Positions 1 through 9,154 of a stretch of 62,024 nucleotides of DNA are shown one piece after another. Each line of letters starts with the position of its first letter. The first letter of the stretch is position 1. The DNA is from Pseudomonadota bacterium (GTDB taxonomy: Bacteria > Pseudomonadota > Gammaproteobacteria > Burkholderiales > Burkholderiaceae_C): the NCBI GenBank assembly GCA_021814605.1, contig JAKAIB010000002.1, positions 1 to 62,024 of the forward strand. Direction: 5' to 3'. The position numbers and the translations under genes were made by a program. The notes beneath the pieces are model-generated. The model was given only the letters and a program-made list of their open reading frames with translations. It did not search any database and was not told the origin of the DNA.

Positions 1-204
1 ACGGAGAAACGCCGCTCGCCCGAACCGAGAAACACCGTCACGATGGGCGTGACGGCAACCCGCGACTCTATTTCTGACTGGAGGGAAGTCGGGGCTCAGG
101 TCAGACCGAACCGAGAAACACCGTCACGATGGGCGTGACGGCAACCCGCGACTCTATTTCTGACTGGAGGGAAGTCGGGGCTCAGGTCACCGGGGGCAAG
201 GTCA
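1..204. mobile_element. Terminal remnants of IS3-family (IS407-group-like) insertion sequence(s)
   Basis: Each repeat copy ends in ...GGGGCTCAGGTCA (reverse complement TGACCTGAGCCCCGACTTCCCTCCAGTCAGAAATAGAGTC), resembling IS3/IS407-type TGACCT.. termini. A further end-like CGGGGGCAAGGTCA lies at 191-204. No transposase ORF is inside the window. Confidence 0.6.
20..189. repeat. Exact 84-bp direct duplication (20-103 and 106-189, period 86)
   Basis: CCGAACCGAGAAACACCGTCACGATGGG...GAAGTCGGGGCTCAGGTCA occurs twice, separated by GA. Each copy contains the hairpin CCGTCACG-ATGGG-CGTGACGG. Confidence 0.95.
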
Positions 205-208
205 CACG

Positions 209-1357
209 TCACCTGCGCGGCAAGGGAGTAGCGACTTGCCGTCCTGTCCTCATATCGATATTTCCTGAGAATACCACATGTCGTCCGGATGGAGGGTAGA
301 ATGGATAATACGCGCCGCGAAAGTCTAGATAATTGTCCCGGACGGCGACTCCGTCAAGCACGTTTCCTGTGGACACCCCAATCGCAACGGAGCAAGACAT
401 GCTAATTTTTGGTCCAGGCGCTATTATTGTATTTTTTTCCACCACCGTGTTGATGATAGACGAAGAGTGCGCACCTTCCTGCGCTGCGACTTGAATTCCT
501 TGCATGCCATTTACTTCTCCGTCGTCCGGTGGTTGATAAATAGTGTTGAATGCGATGACTGAATTATCCGCTCTGCTGCCAACGAACTGAACAAAATCGG
601 GGTGCGACCCCACAGCGTGCCCCATACTCACCACCAAATTGTACTTTACCGTCGGTGATATCGTGCCATTACTGAAATCAATAGCGTCACTTGGTGCATC
701 AATCAATAAATTATAAATTGCAACAAATTTTCCGGACCCATTGAAATTAATGAGTGCCCAAACCGTATCCGAATTTCCGTTGGCGGTTGTGGACCCCCCA
801 TCAAACCAGCTATACGTGATCGTTAGACTGCCAGCACCGGCCTCGGCGTTAATCGGAACGACGTTGTTAACACCGACAACGAATTTCGAATTCGACACTA
901 CTGTATCGCTGACACCCGAATGAATATATATTCCGTAACCCCCGTGAAGCGAAAAATCGTAGCCGTCCAGTGTCACATTATCTTTTTGGATGCGGATCAA
1001 ATGATTCCCGGGGTCGATCGCCGTGCCAGCGACGGATAAGGTGAGCGGGTCCTTAAGACGCACACCGCTGTGGACGCCGACAGCATAGTCAACTCCCGCG
1101 ACTTTCCACGGAGGCCTGGCAGCATAATGTCGTAACAATTCACCGAGTTGGGGGGAACCGGCGGGTGCATTCGTGAGTCCGTCGTCATAAGCAATCGTTA
1201 CCTCAGCCGAACCGACGGGGTTCGACGCCGCACACGATGCAAGCACAATGCCCGACCCCAGGGCCGCCTCGACCGAAGCCGAGGCTCCGATATCGCCGAG
1301 CCGGGAGACCCACAACCATGCCTTCCGCGCAACTTCTAATCCCGGCATCTGCCTCAT
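209..1357 (-). CDS. Exported parallel beta-helix (pectate-lyase-like fold) protein, possibly a lipoprotein or polysaccharide-binding/lyase protein
   Basis: 382-aa ORF with Asn/Ile/Val-rich beta-helix-like repeats (NVTLDGYDFS, NSVIAFNTI, NTVVEKNTI, VAVRDNYLD). Lipobox-like LASC near the N-terminus. AAGGAG RBS, so the start may be the ATG at 1348. Markedly AT-rich. Confidence 0.55.
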   Translation of the reverse strand: MRQMPGLEVARKAWLWVSRLGDIGASASVEAALGSGIVLASCAASNPVGSAEVTIAYDDGLTNAPAGSPQLGELLRHYAARPPWKVAGVDYAVGVHSGVRLKDPLTLSVAGTAIDPGNHLIRIQKDNVTLDGYDFSLHGGYGIYIHSGVSDTVVSNSKFVVGVNNVVPINAEAGAGSLTITYSWFDGGSTTANGNSDTVWALINFNGSGKFVAIYNLLIDAPSDAIDFSNGTISPTVKYNLVVSMGHAVGSHPDFVQFVGSRADNSVIAFNTIYQPPDDGEVNGMQGIQVAAQEGAHSSSIINTVVEKNTIIAPGPKISMSCSVAIGVSTGNVLDGVAVRDNYLDFRGAYYPFYPPSGRHVVFSGNIDMRTGRQVATPLPRR

Positions 1358-1502
1358 TCTCCTTTATTGTCCTCGTATTGGGCACGCGACGACACCCCGA
1401 CTGGCGCCGACACGCTGCGGATTCTTCACGTCGGCAGGGCCGACGTCGATTGTGGCTCACCCGCCGTTGCGCTGGCGCGTTACGTTCTCGCCACAGCGGC
1501 GC

Positions 1503-2828
1503 TCAGTCGCTGAACTCGTTGCCAACGACATCCGACGCCACCTCGGTGTTCACGTGCCCCAACTCCCCAAGATGCGCCCGGACACCCACCAGTAATCCCA
1601 CCAGGATCCATGTCGTCCCCCACAGATCCACGGTGAACCCCATGAAGATGATCAGGAAGATGATGATCCCGAGTATCGTGCCCAGCTTCGCCTCGGCATC
1701 CGACAGGCACACGCTCGGTCCCGACGTGGGCAGCGAGCATGAGCCGATCATGGAAAGCCCGGTCAGGATCGCGCACGGAATCCCATAATCCATCGCTAGG
1801 ACCAGCCAAAGCGAATCTACCGACCCTCCGTAGTCGTAGCTGCCGTCAACAGCGCCGAAATACGGGCTCTGCACGACGGCAGGCCCTATCACGTTCCAAA
1901 CATACAGCCGAAAATACGCAGTCTGCGGATCGATAGTAAGATAGTCGAATAGGTGTCCGAATGGCGAATTGGTGGATTCGATCAGGACCACTGCGCCAAG
2001 CATCGGCGGCAACGAAAGCAACAGCCACTTGTGGGGAACCTCCTTGAAAAGACGGCTGTAGAACAGCAGCGCAATCCCGATTGCAAGGCATTGCTGGGGG
2101 GCCGAGGAGAACGCGATCACGACGCCCAGGCCGGACATGACCGCGCAGACTCGTCCGAATCTGCTAATCGCGGAAACGCTAATAAGAAAGCCGAGCGCGC
2201 AGACGAACCCTAGCAGAATCGGATGCTCTATTGGCCCGGCCGCGCGGAGGAATCCGAACCGGTACCCATCCGCCACATTCCAGGTCTTCTGATACCCGGT
2301 GATCTGGCCGGCAACTTCACGCGTGACATACCGGCCGGTAACCGTGTCGAGGAGCGCATCGGCAACGACGAAGGCAATCACAACGCAGAGCAGCTCCACG
2401 AACGCGATCGCCTCTCCGCGGCCCGAAAGCAGCGCGCGCGTCGTCAGATAAGCCATGAGATATTCGAGAACGATTGGCCCCGAATGGAAAACGGTATTCG
2501 CCACGCCGTGTGTGACCGCCGGTCCCAGGAACATCCAGAACCCGCTCAGTGGAACAAAAATGTCCGATGCGACGAATCGATAGTTCCCCTGGCTTATCTT
2601 AGCGACGAACCGCACCGCCACGAAGGGCACGAAGACGAGGAACAGCAGTCTCGTAACCGTCAGCCGCAAGCTGAAGACGAAGAACGAGAAGGCTTCCGGA
2701 AGGAACAAAGTCAGCAGGATCAGCTTCAGTGCAGTTGACAGCTTCGCCTGCGCGGCACTATCGTCCACAGGCGCGCTCTCGAAATCCGCGTTACTGGCGT
2801 CGTTGAGCCACATCGGCGTCTGCGTCAT
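1503..2828 (-). CDS. O-antigen ligase/Wzy-like polysaccharide polymerase
   Basis: About 10-12 hydrophobic segments. RAAGPIEHPILLG, TAYFRLYVW and SVDSLWL motifs are typical of the Wzy/WaaL family. Lies within the EPS cluster. Confidence 0.75.
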   Translation of the reverse strand: MTQTPMWLNDASNADFESAPVDDSAAQAKLSTALKLILLTLFLPEAFSFFVFSLRLTVTRLLFLVFVPFVAVRFVAKISQGNYRFVASDIFVPLSGFWMFLGPAVTHGVANTVFHSGPIVLEYLMAYLTTRALLSGRGEAIAFVELLCVVIAFVVADALLDTVTGRYVTREVAGQITGYQKTWNVADGYRFGFLRAAGPIEHPILLGFVCALGFLISVSAISRFGRVCAVMSGLGVVIAFSSAPQQCLAIGIALLFYSRLFKEVPHKWLLLSLPPMLGAVVLIESTNSPFGHLFDYLTIDPQTAYFRLYVWNVIGPAVVQSPYFGAVDGSYDYGGSVDSLWLVLAMDYGIPCAILTGLSMIGSCSLPTSGPSVCLSDAEAKLGTILGIIIFLIIFMGFTVDLWGTTWILVGLLVGVRAHLGELGHVNTEVASDVVGNEFSD

Positions 2829-2913
2829 GGCTGGTCCCAGGCTGGCGGGGTCTCTACAGACATTAGCGCTAAAATCGTCTGCGTCTGCCGCCCCGGCAGC
2901 GCGCGCCGCGACG

Positions 2914-3219
2914 CTATTCCCCCATCAACCGCCCCACCAACCGCTCCATCGTCGCCACCGACCGGAACGTCTCGGGCGTGATGTCGGCCTGCGGGATCTC
3001 GATGGTGAATTCGTTCTCCACGGCCAGCATCAGCTTGACCATGTCGAGCGAGGTGAGGCCGACCTCCGCCAGCGTGTCGTCATCATCGAAAGATGGCGTG
3101 ATTGCCTGGGAGGCGAGAATCTCCGTCACCACGGCACGCAGGCGTGCGCGCGTGGAGGTTGCGGCGGGACCGGCATCGGTCAGCAGGGCAAGGCCATCGG
3201 ACTGCATGTGCACGACCAT
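2914..3219 (-). CDS. Phosphopantetheinylated carrier protein (aminoacyl carrier protein of aa:CP ligase type)
   Basis: LAEVGLTSLDMVKLMLAVENEFTIEIPQADITPETF, with a GLTS(Ppant) motif like the cognate carrier proteins of amino acid:CP ligases. Start is uncertain (3219 or 3207). Confidence 0.88.
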   Translation of the reverse strand: MVVHMQSDGLALLTDAGPAATSTRARLRAVVTEILASQAITPSFDDDDTLAEVGLTSLDMVKLMLAVENEFTIEIPQADITPETFRSVATMERLVGRLMGE

Positions 3220-3356
3220 CGATCCTGTGGTTCGCCTGCCGGGCACGGTGCCGTACGGGTATCCCGCCGTCCGCATCCTGGAAGCAATGATTTCATATTA
3301 CGACCTTATCCGCCCTGGAACCCGACCGTCAAGCGTCCCGTGCGCGACGGCGGCTC

Positions 3357-4781
3357 TTATCCCGCTTGCGCCGCCTCCAGCGCCGCGACCAGCCGCATGA
3401 CGTCCTCCTCGCTTGTCCTACCGTGCGTGACGCAGGCGCGGATCACGGGGCGGCCTTCGAAGATCGCGACCGAAATCCATGCGGTGCCGGAGGCCAGCAC
3501 GCGGCGCACGATCGTCTGCGGGTCGGGGGCACCCGCCGGCGGCTCCAGGCACAGCACGGCCAGCGGGGAATCGTTCGCCACGGTCCAACCGCGCCGCTGC
3601 ATCTCCTCGCCCAGCAGGGCGATACGGGCGATCGCCTGCTCGACATGCGCGGCATATCCCTCCCACCCGGCGGCGGCGAGGGCGAGGAACAGGCGCAGAC
3701 CGAGGAAGCGGCGTGACCACTGTACGGTGGTGACATAAGGGTCGAGCGTCGCCGCGTTCGAGGGCATGTAGCCGGTGCTGACCCGGAACGTCTCCGACAG
3801 CACCGCCGGGCGGCGGGTGAGGAACATGCCGCAGCCCATCGTGGTCGCCAGCCATTTGTGGGCGTCGATGGTCAGCGAGTCCGCGAGCGCGAGATCGGCC
3901 AGAATGGCGCGATGACGCCCCGAGGCGATCAGCGCCCCGCCCCAGGCGGCATCGACATGGAACCACAGGCCGACCTGCCGCGCGATCCCGGCGGCCTGGG
4001 CGATCGGGTCGATCATGCCGGCCGCGGTCGTGCCGGCGGTCGCGACCAGCATGACGGGCACGCAGCCCCGCGCGCGATCGGCCACGACGGACTCGGCCAG
4101 CGCGGCGGCATCCATCCGCCCCTGTCCGTCGGTGCGCACCTGGCGCACCGCGTCGCGGCCGATGCCGGCCTGGTGGGCGATCTTGATCCAGGCGTGATGC
4201 GCCTCGTTGGAGATGTAGAACACCGGCGGCCCCGCGAAACCGCGCGCGCCCTGCGCGGCGAAGTCCGCGCAGGCGGCGGTCAGCGCCGAGATCAGCGCCG
4301 TAAAGTTCGCCTCAGCCCCGCCGGTGGTGAAGTGCCCGCCGGACCCGGGCGGCAGGCCGGCGCGCCGGGCGACGGCACCGATCACATGCGCCTCGATCTC
4401 GACCGCCATTGGGGAGGTCGTCCAGGTCGCGAGCTGCGGGTTGAACGCCGCGGCGATGCGGTCGGCGCACTGTGCGGGAAAGCTCGGCGCGGGATTGAAC
4501 AGACCGAAATAGCGGGGATGCGTGATCTGCACGAGGCCGCGTTCCAGCCCGGCGATGGTCCAGGCCAGCAGATCGGACAGCTTGCGCGGCTGCTCGAAAT
4601 CGAAGCCGGCCAGTTCGCGCGCCAGCCCCGCGCGATCGACGCCCGGCACGACCGGCCCGTCGGCGATGCGGCGGTCGAGGCTGGCGAGTTCCTGCGTCAG
4701 CCAGTCCTCGATCGCCAGGCGGGCGTCAGCATCGGGAAACAGCGCCGCGTGGCCGCGAGGTTCGTCCGGGGCGTTCATCAT
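3357..4781 (-). CDS. PLP-dependent group II amino-acid decarboxylase (AADC/DAB-decarboxylase family)
   Basis: HPRYFGLF, FTTGGAEAN, ATAGTT, HVDAAWGG and DAHKWL (PLP lysine) motifs. Confidence 0.9.
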   Translation of the reverse strand: MMNAPDEPRGHAALFPDADARLAIEDWLTQELASLDRRIADGPVVPGVDRAGLARELAGFDFEQPRKLSDLLAWTIAGLERGLVQITHPRYFGLFNPAPSFPAQCADRIAAAFNPQLATWTTSPMAVEIEAHVIGAVARRAGLPPGSGGHFTTGGAEANFTALISALTAACADFAAQGARGFAGPPVFYISNEAHHAWIKIAHQAGIGRDAVRQVRTDGQGRMDAAALAESVVADRARGCVPVMLVATAGTTAAGMIDPIAQAAGIARQVGLWFHVDAAWGGALIASGRHRAILADLALADSLTIDAHKWLATTMGCGMFLTRRPAVLSETFRVSTGYMPSNAATLDPYVTTVQWSRRFLGLRLFLALAAAGWEGYAAHVEQAIARIALLGEEMQRRGWTVANDSPLAVLCLEPPAGAPDPQTIVRRVLASGTAWISVAIFEGRPVIRACVTHGRTSEEDVMRLVAALEAAQAG

Positions 4782-4870
4782 GCGCGTCCTTCGATCCGTC
4801 CTGCGGATGAAATCTGGCATCGCGCGGCGCCGTAACAGTAGGATGCCGCGCGTCCGTCGCGAGTCACCGC

Positions 4871-5743
4871 ATGTCCGCTCCGCCCGCCGCCCGCGTGTCG
4901 TGCCGTCAGATCGCGGCGGCGGATCTGCCGGCGGTGGCCGATCTGCTGCATGCCGGCTTTCCGAAGCGGCCGCGCAGCTACTGGGTCGAAGGCCTGCAGC
5001 GCCTGACCCTCAACCACGCGCCGGAAGGCTATCCCAAATACGGCTACCTGCTGCAATCGGGCGGAGAGGTCGTCGGCGTGCTGCTGCTCGTCTTCTCCGC
5101 ACGCGACGACGGATCGGGGCCTGTGCTGCGCGGCAATGTGTCGAGTTGGCATGTGCGACCAGCGTTCCGCGCCTACGCACCGCTGCTCGTGCTGCGCGCC
5201 ATCCGCCACGCGGCCGCGCGCTATCTGAACGTCTCTCCCGCGCCCGAAACGCTGCCCATCATCACGGCGCAGGGCTTCCGACAGTTCAGCAGAGGCGTGT
5301 TCGCGGCGCTGCCGATGCTCGCGCGCAGCGGCACCGCGCGGCTGCACGCGAACGCCGCGCAATGGCGGGCAGCCGACATCCCCCACGCGGACCTGCGCCT
5401 GCTCTCCGATCACGCGGCGTTCGGCTGCCTCAGCCTGTGGTGCGAAACAAGGCAGGGCGGGCAACCCCTGATCTTCCGGCGGCGCCGGATCAAACCAGGC
5501 GGAATCCCCTGTGCGCACCTCATCTATTGCCGCTCGCTGGAAGACCTCGAAGCGGTTGCGGGACCCGTGGGCCGCTATCTTGCCCTGCGCGGGATGCCAC
5601 TGATGCTGGTTGCCTGCGACCGGGCACTGCGCGGGGTGCCGGGTCGGTTGTTTCCCGACAAGCTGCCGATGTACTTCAAGGGTGCCGAGTCGCCGCGACA
5701 GGGCGACCTGAGCTACACCGAGGCGGCGCTGCTCGGCATGTGA
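4871..5743 (+). CDS. Putative GNAT-fold acyl-CoA/acyl-carrier acyltransferase
   Basis: 290 aa. YGYLLQSGGEVVGVLLL and NVSSWHVRPAFR resemble GNAT motif A. High-GC codon usage supports a real gene. Confidence 0.55.
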   Translation: MSAPPAARVSCRQIAAADLPAVADLLHAGFPKRPRSYWVEGLQRLTLNHAPEGYPKYGYLLQSGGEVVGVLLLVFSARDDGSGPVLRGNVSSWHVRPAFRAYAPLLVLRAIRHAAARYLNVSPAPETLPIITAQGFRQFSRGVFAALPMLARSGTARLHANAAQWRAADIPHADLRLLSDHAAFGCLSLWCETRQGGQPLIFRRRRIKPGGIPCAHLIYCRSLEDLEAVAGPVGRYLALRGMPLMLVACDRALRGVPGRLFPDKLPMYFKGAESPRQGDLSYTEAALLGM

Positions 5744-5775
5744 GTCGTGCCAGAGCAAACCAAGCGGGAGCGGCG

Positions 5776-7026
5776 CTACCACGCGCCGCGCGTGTCGATC
5801 ACGAACTTGTCCTTGAGCACGTCGCGATCAACCTGCAGGAAGCTCATGTGATCGACCAGCAGCAGCACGACATTGGCGCGCTCCATCGCCAGGTCGAAGT
5901 CGTGCAGCGCGAGGCCGCACTCCTCCAGCTCCCGCGGCAGGCGCGAGATGTGCGGCTCGACCACCAGCAGCTCGCCCACGCCCTCATGCGCCAGCCGGCG
6001 CACGATCTCCACCGCCGGGCTCTCGCGCAGGTCGTCCACGTCCTTCTTGTAGGAAAGCCCCAGGCAGGCGATCACCGGCCGCTTCAGCGCCGCGGCGCGC
6101 TCGCGCACCTTGGCGCAGACGAAGGCCGGCTTGGCGTCGTTGATCAGGCGCGCGGCACGGATCAGCTTCGCCTCGTCCGGATTGGTGGCCACGATGAACC
6201 ACGGATCGACCGCGATGCAATGCCCGCCAACGCCGGGGCCGGGCGAGAGGATGTTGACGCGCGGATGCAGGTTGGCGACCGCGATCAGCTCCCACACGTT
6301 CACCTTGAGCCGGTCGCAGATGAAGCTCAACTCGTTGGCGAAGGCGATGTTGACGTCGCGATAGGCGTTCTCCGTCAACTTGGCGAGCTCGGCAGTGCGC
6401 GCGTTGGTGACCCGGCACTCGCCGCGCACCACGATACGATACAGACTCAATGCCCGCTGCGCGCATTTGCGCGTCATGCCGCCGATGACGCGGGCGTTGT
6501 TGACCACTTCCTCCAGGATGCGACCGGGCAGCACGCGCTCCGGGCAGTGCGCCACCTGCACCGCCGCCATCTCGCCCTTCTGTTGCGGGAAGGTCAGATC
6601 GGGGCGCAGTTCCGCCAGGATCGCCGCCATGCGCTCGGTCGTGCCGACGGGCGAGGTGGATTCCAGGATCACCAGATTGCCTGCCGCCAGCACCGGGGCA
6701 ACGGCGCGCGCGGCAGCCTCGACATAGGTGAGGTCAGGCTGCGCGCCCTCGCCATGGCCGCGCAGCGGCGTGGGCACGGCGATGATGAACGCCTCGGCCG
6801 GTTCGACGTCGGTGGTCGCGCGCAGCTTGCCGCCCTCCACCACGCGGCGCACCAGCGCGTCGAGATTGGGTTCGCCGAAATGCGGACGGCCCTGGTTGAT
6901 GCTGGCGACGACATCGGGGTTCACGTCGATGCCGACGACTTCGACGCCGTTCTCGGCGAACACGGCGGCGGTCGGCAGGCCGATATAGCCGAGGCCGACG
7001 ACGGCGATGCGGCTGAAACTATGCAC
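5776..7026 (-). CDS. wecC: UDP-N-acetyl-D-mannosamine dehydrogenase
   Basis: GLGYIGLPTA, HCPERVLPG, KLTENAYRDVNIAFANE, GVGGHCIAVDPWF and DDLRESP motifs. Adjacent to wecB. Confidence 0.95.
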   Translation of the reverse strand: MHSFSRIAVVGLGYIGLPTAAVFAENGVEVVGIDVNPDVVASINQGRPHFGEPNLDALVRRVVEGGKLRATTDVEPAEAFIIAVPTPLRGHGEGAQPDLTYVEAAARAVAPVLAAGNLVILESTSPVGTTERMAAILAELRPDLTFPQQKGEMAAVQVAHCPERVLPGRILEEVVNNARVIGGMTRKCAQRALSLYRIVVRGECRVTNARTAELAKLTENAYRDVNIAFANELSFICDRLKVNVWELIAVANLHPRVNILSPGPGVGGHCIAVDPWFIVATNPDEAKLIRAARLINDAKPAFVCAKVRERAAALKRPVIACLGLSYKKDVDDLRESPAVEIVRRLAHEGVGELLVVEPHISRLPRELEECGLALHDFDLAMERANVVLLLVDHMSFLQVDRDVLKDKFVIDTRGAW

Positions 7027-8137
7027 GGCGTATGGCCTCCACGATGCGGGCGGCGGCGTGCCCGTCGCCGTATGGGTTGTGCGCGAAGCTCATGGCGTCG
7101 TACGCGGCGCGGTCATCCAGCAGTCGGTTGGCCGCGCTAACGAGGCGTTCGGTGTCGGTGCCGACCAGCTTCACCGTGCCGGCCTCGACCGCCTCCGGCC
7201 GCTCGGTGGTGTCGCGCGTGACCAGCACCGGCTTGCCGAGCGACGGCGCCTCCTCCTGCACGCCGCCGGAATCGGTCACGATCAGCGCGGCGTGGCGCAT
7301 CAGATGGATGAAGGGCAGGTAGTCGAGCGGCGCGATCAAGTGGATCGCGGAATGGCTGCCCAGCACCGCGCGCGCCGCCTGCTGCACATTGGGATTGAGG
7401 TGGACGGGATAGACCACCTCGACATCGCCGCGATCCGCCAGGCGCCGCAGGCCGCTCGCCACCCGCTCCAGCCCGCCGCCGAAATTCTCGCGGCGATGGC
7501 CGGTGACGAGGATCAGCCGCTTGTCCGGATCCAGGCGTGGCAGGGTCGCGTCGATCGCCGCGGTGCGTGCCGGGTCGGCGTCGAGAATGGCGACGGCGTC
7601 GAACAACGCGTCGATCACCGTGTTGCCGGTGACGGTGATGTGCGACGCGGACACGCCCTCGCGCAGCAGATTGTCACGCGACGCCTCGGTCGGCGGGAAA
7701 TGCAGGTCGGTGATCAGCGTGGTGATGCGCCGGTTCATCTCCTCCGGCCAGGGCGAGAACACGTTGCCGGTGCGCAGGCCCGCCTCGACATGGCCGACCG
7801 GAATCTTCGCGTAGAACGCGGCAAGCGAGGCCGCCATGGTGGTGGTGGTGTCACCCTGCACCAGGATGCGATCGGGCCGCGTGCTGTCCAGCACCTCGCC
7901 GAGCCGCTCCAGCACCGCGGTGGTGATGTAGGTTAGTCCCTGCCCGGCGCGCATCAGGTCCAGATCCAGGTCAGGCCGGATGCCGAACAGCTCAAGCACC
8001 TGGTCGAGCATCTGGCGATGCTGGCCGGTCACGCAAACCAGCGACTCAACCCCCGGCGTATCGGCAAGACGGCGCAGCACCGGCGCCATCTTGATCGCCT
8101 CCGGTCGCGTGCCGAACACCGTCAGAATGCGCATCAC
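7019..8137 (-). CDS. wecB: UDP-N-acetylglucosamine 2-epimerase (non-hydrolysing)
   Basis: FGTRPEAIKMAP, TGQHRQML, HVEAGLRT, SPWPEEMNR, DSGGVQEEAP and NPYGDG motifs. Confidence 0.97.
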   Translation of the reverse strand: MMRILTVFGTRPEAIKMAPVLRRLADTPGVESLVCVTGQHRQMLDQVLELFGIRPDLDLDLMRAGQGLTYITTAVLERLGEVLDSTRPDRILVQGDTTTTMAASLAAFYAKIPVGHVEAGLRTGNVFSPWPEEMNRRITTLITDLHFPPTEASRDNLLREGVSASHITVTGNTVIDALFDAVAILDADPARTAAIDATLPRLDPDKRLILVTGHRRENFGGGLERVASGLRRLADRGDVEVVYPVHLNPNVQQAARAVLGSHSAIHLIAPLDYLPFIHLMRHAALIVTDSGGVQEEAPSLGKPVLVTRDTTERPEAVEAGTVKLVGTDTERLVSAANRLLDDRAAYDAMSFAHNPYGDGHAAARIVEAIRRA

Positions 8138-8200
8138 CTACTCCGCAATAATCTTGATATCATAATACGATCGGGAATGCAAGCAGCAAGCGCGTGGTGA

Positions 8201-9112
8201 TCATCTGTGTCGGGCCACGCGGCGCCGGAGCCAGCGCTTGAGCGCCCTCGGTCCGCATTGCCAATTATATCCACCTCGCATCTTAAGCCAGAATTCCAGG
8301 TCCCAGTCGGCGAGATCCACCCGCACGCGCCCGCGCAGAAACGATGCGTCAGCGGGGTCGATCATTCGCGGAACGGTATGGTAAGCGAACCGGAACGCCG
8401 CCGTCCGGCAGAGTTCGACGGTGCCGTCGTCGTATTCGCCATACGGAAAGGAGAACATGGTCACGTCGTGCCCCAACAGGCTCGTCAGGGCCGATTTCGA
8501 TCCGCCGATTTCCGCGTCGGCGCTGGCGTGGTCGAGTGCGGGCAGGCGGGGATGCGTGACGCTGTGCGCGCCGATGGACACAAGCTCCCGCGGCAGGGTG
8601 CGCAGGATCTCGCCGTTCGCCACCGTCTCGAACTGGTCCGTGTCGGCGGCTTCCATCTGCCAGCCCGGCTGCCCGCCCAGCATACCGGAAGGCGTGAAAA
8701 TCGTTGCCGTCATGCCGCGCACGGCAAGCTCGGGCAACGCGTTGTCGATGACGCTGACATAGGCATCGTCGAAGGTGATGGCGACGAGCAGCCGTCCCGG
8801 GGCGACGGTGCCGCAGAAATCGGCGGCGACGACCGCATCCGCGCCGGCCCGGATGACCTCCAGCTGCCGCGCGAAACGGCGCCGCTGCGCGGCCGGAACC
8901 GAGTGATAGTAGAGGATCACCAGCCGCGCCCGGCCGAAGCCGAGCAGGCACGCCACGCGGTTCGCCGTCGTCCAGGCGGACAGATAGACGAGGCCGATGC
9001 AGGCATAGAGGCAGCGTCGGCCGGTGACCAGCGCCGTGCCCCAGCGCCCGCGCGGCGCCGGCACGGCATCCTCACGCGGCGTCGCCGCGACCTCGTTGAC
9101 CAGCGCACTCAT
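8201..9112 (-). CDS. Polysaccharide deacetylase (CE4/NodB family)
   Basis: ILYYHSV, ITFDDAY, GAHSVTHP and FSFPYG motifs. Confidence 0.9.
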   Translation of the reverse strand: MSALVNEVAATPREDAVPAPRGRWGTALVTGRRCLYACIGLVYLSAWTTANRVACLLGFGRARLVILYYHSVPAAQRRRFARQLEVIRAGADAVVAADFCGTVAPGRLLVAITFDDAYVSVIDNALPELAVRGMTATIFTPSGMLGGQPGWQMEAADTDQFETVANGEILRTLPRELVSIGAHSVTHPRLPALDHASADAEIGGSKSALTSLLGHDVTMFSFPYGEYDDGTVELCRTAAFRFAYHTVPRMIDPADASFLRGRVRVDLADWDLEFWLKMRGGYNWQCGPRALKRWLRRRVARHR

Positions 9113-9154
9113 GCGCCCCGCCCCGCGGCGCGCAAGCGGCGATGCGACGCCGCG

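Noticed and set aside
20-189. Possible CRISPR array
   Set aside because: Only two 84-bp units with a 2-bp gap, no unique spacers and no cas genes.
4522-7140. 872-aa plus-strand ORF, and similar long Arg/Ala/Pro-rich ORFs at 9587-11290, 30867-33164, 35895-38057, 50832-53396 and 56207-57922
   Set aside because: They overlap well-supported genes in antisense or alternative frames and are typical GC-rich shadow ORFs.
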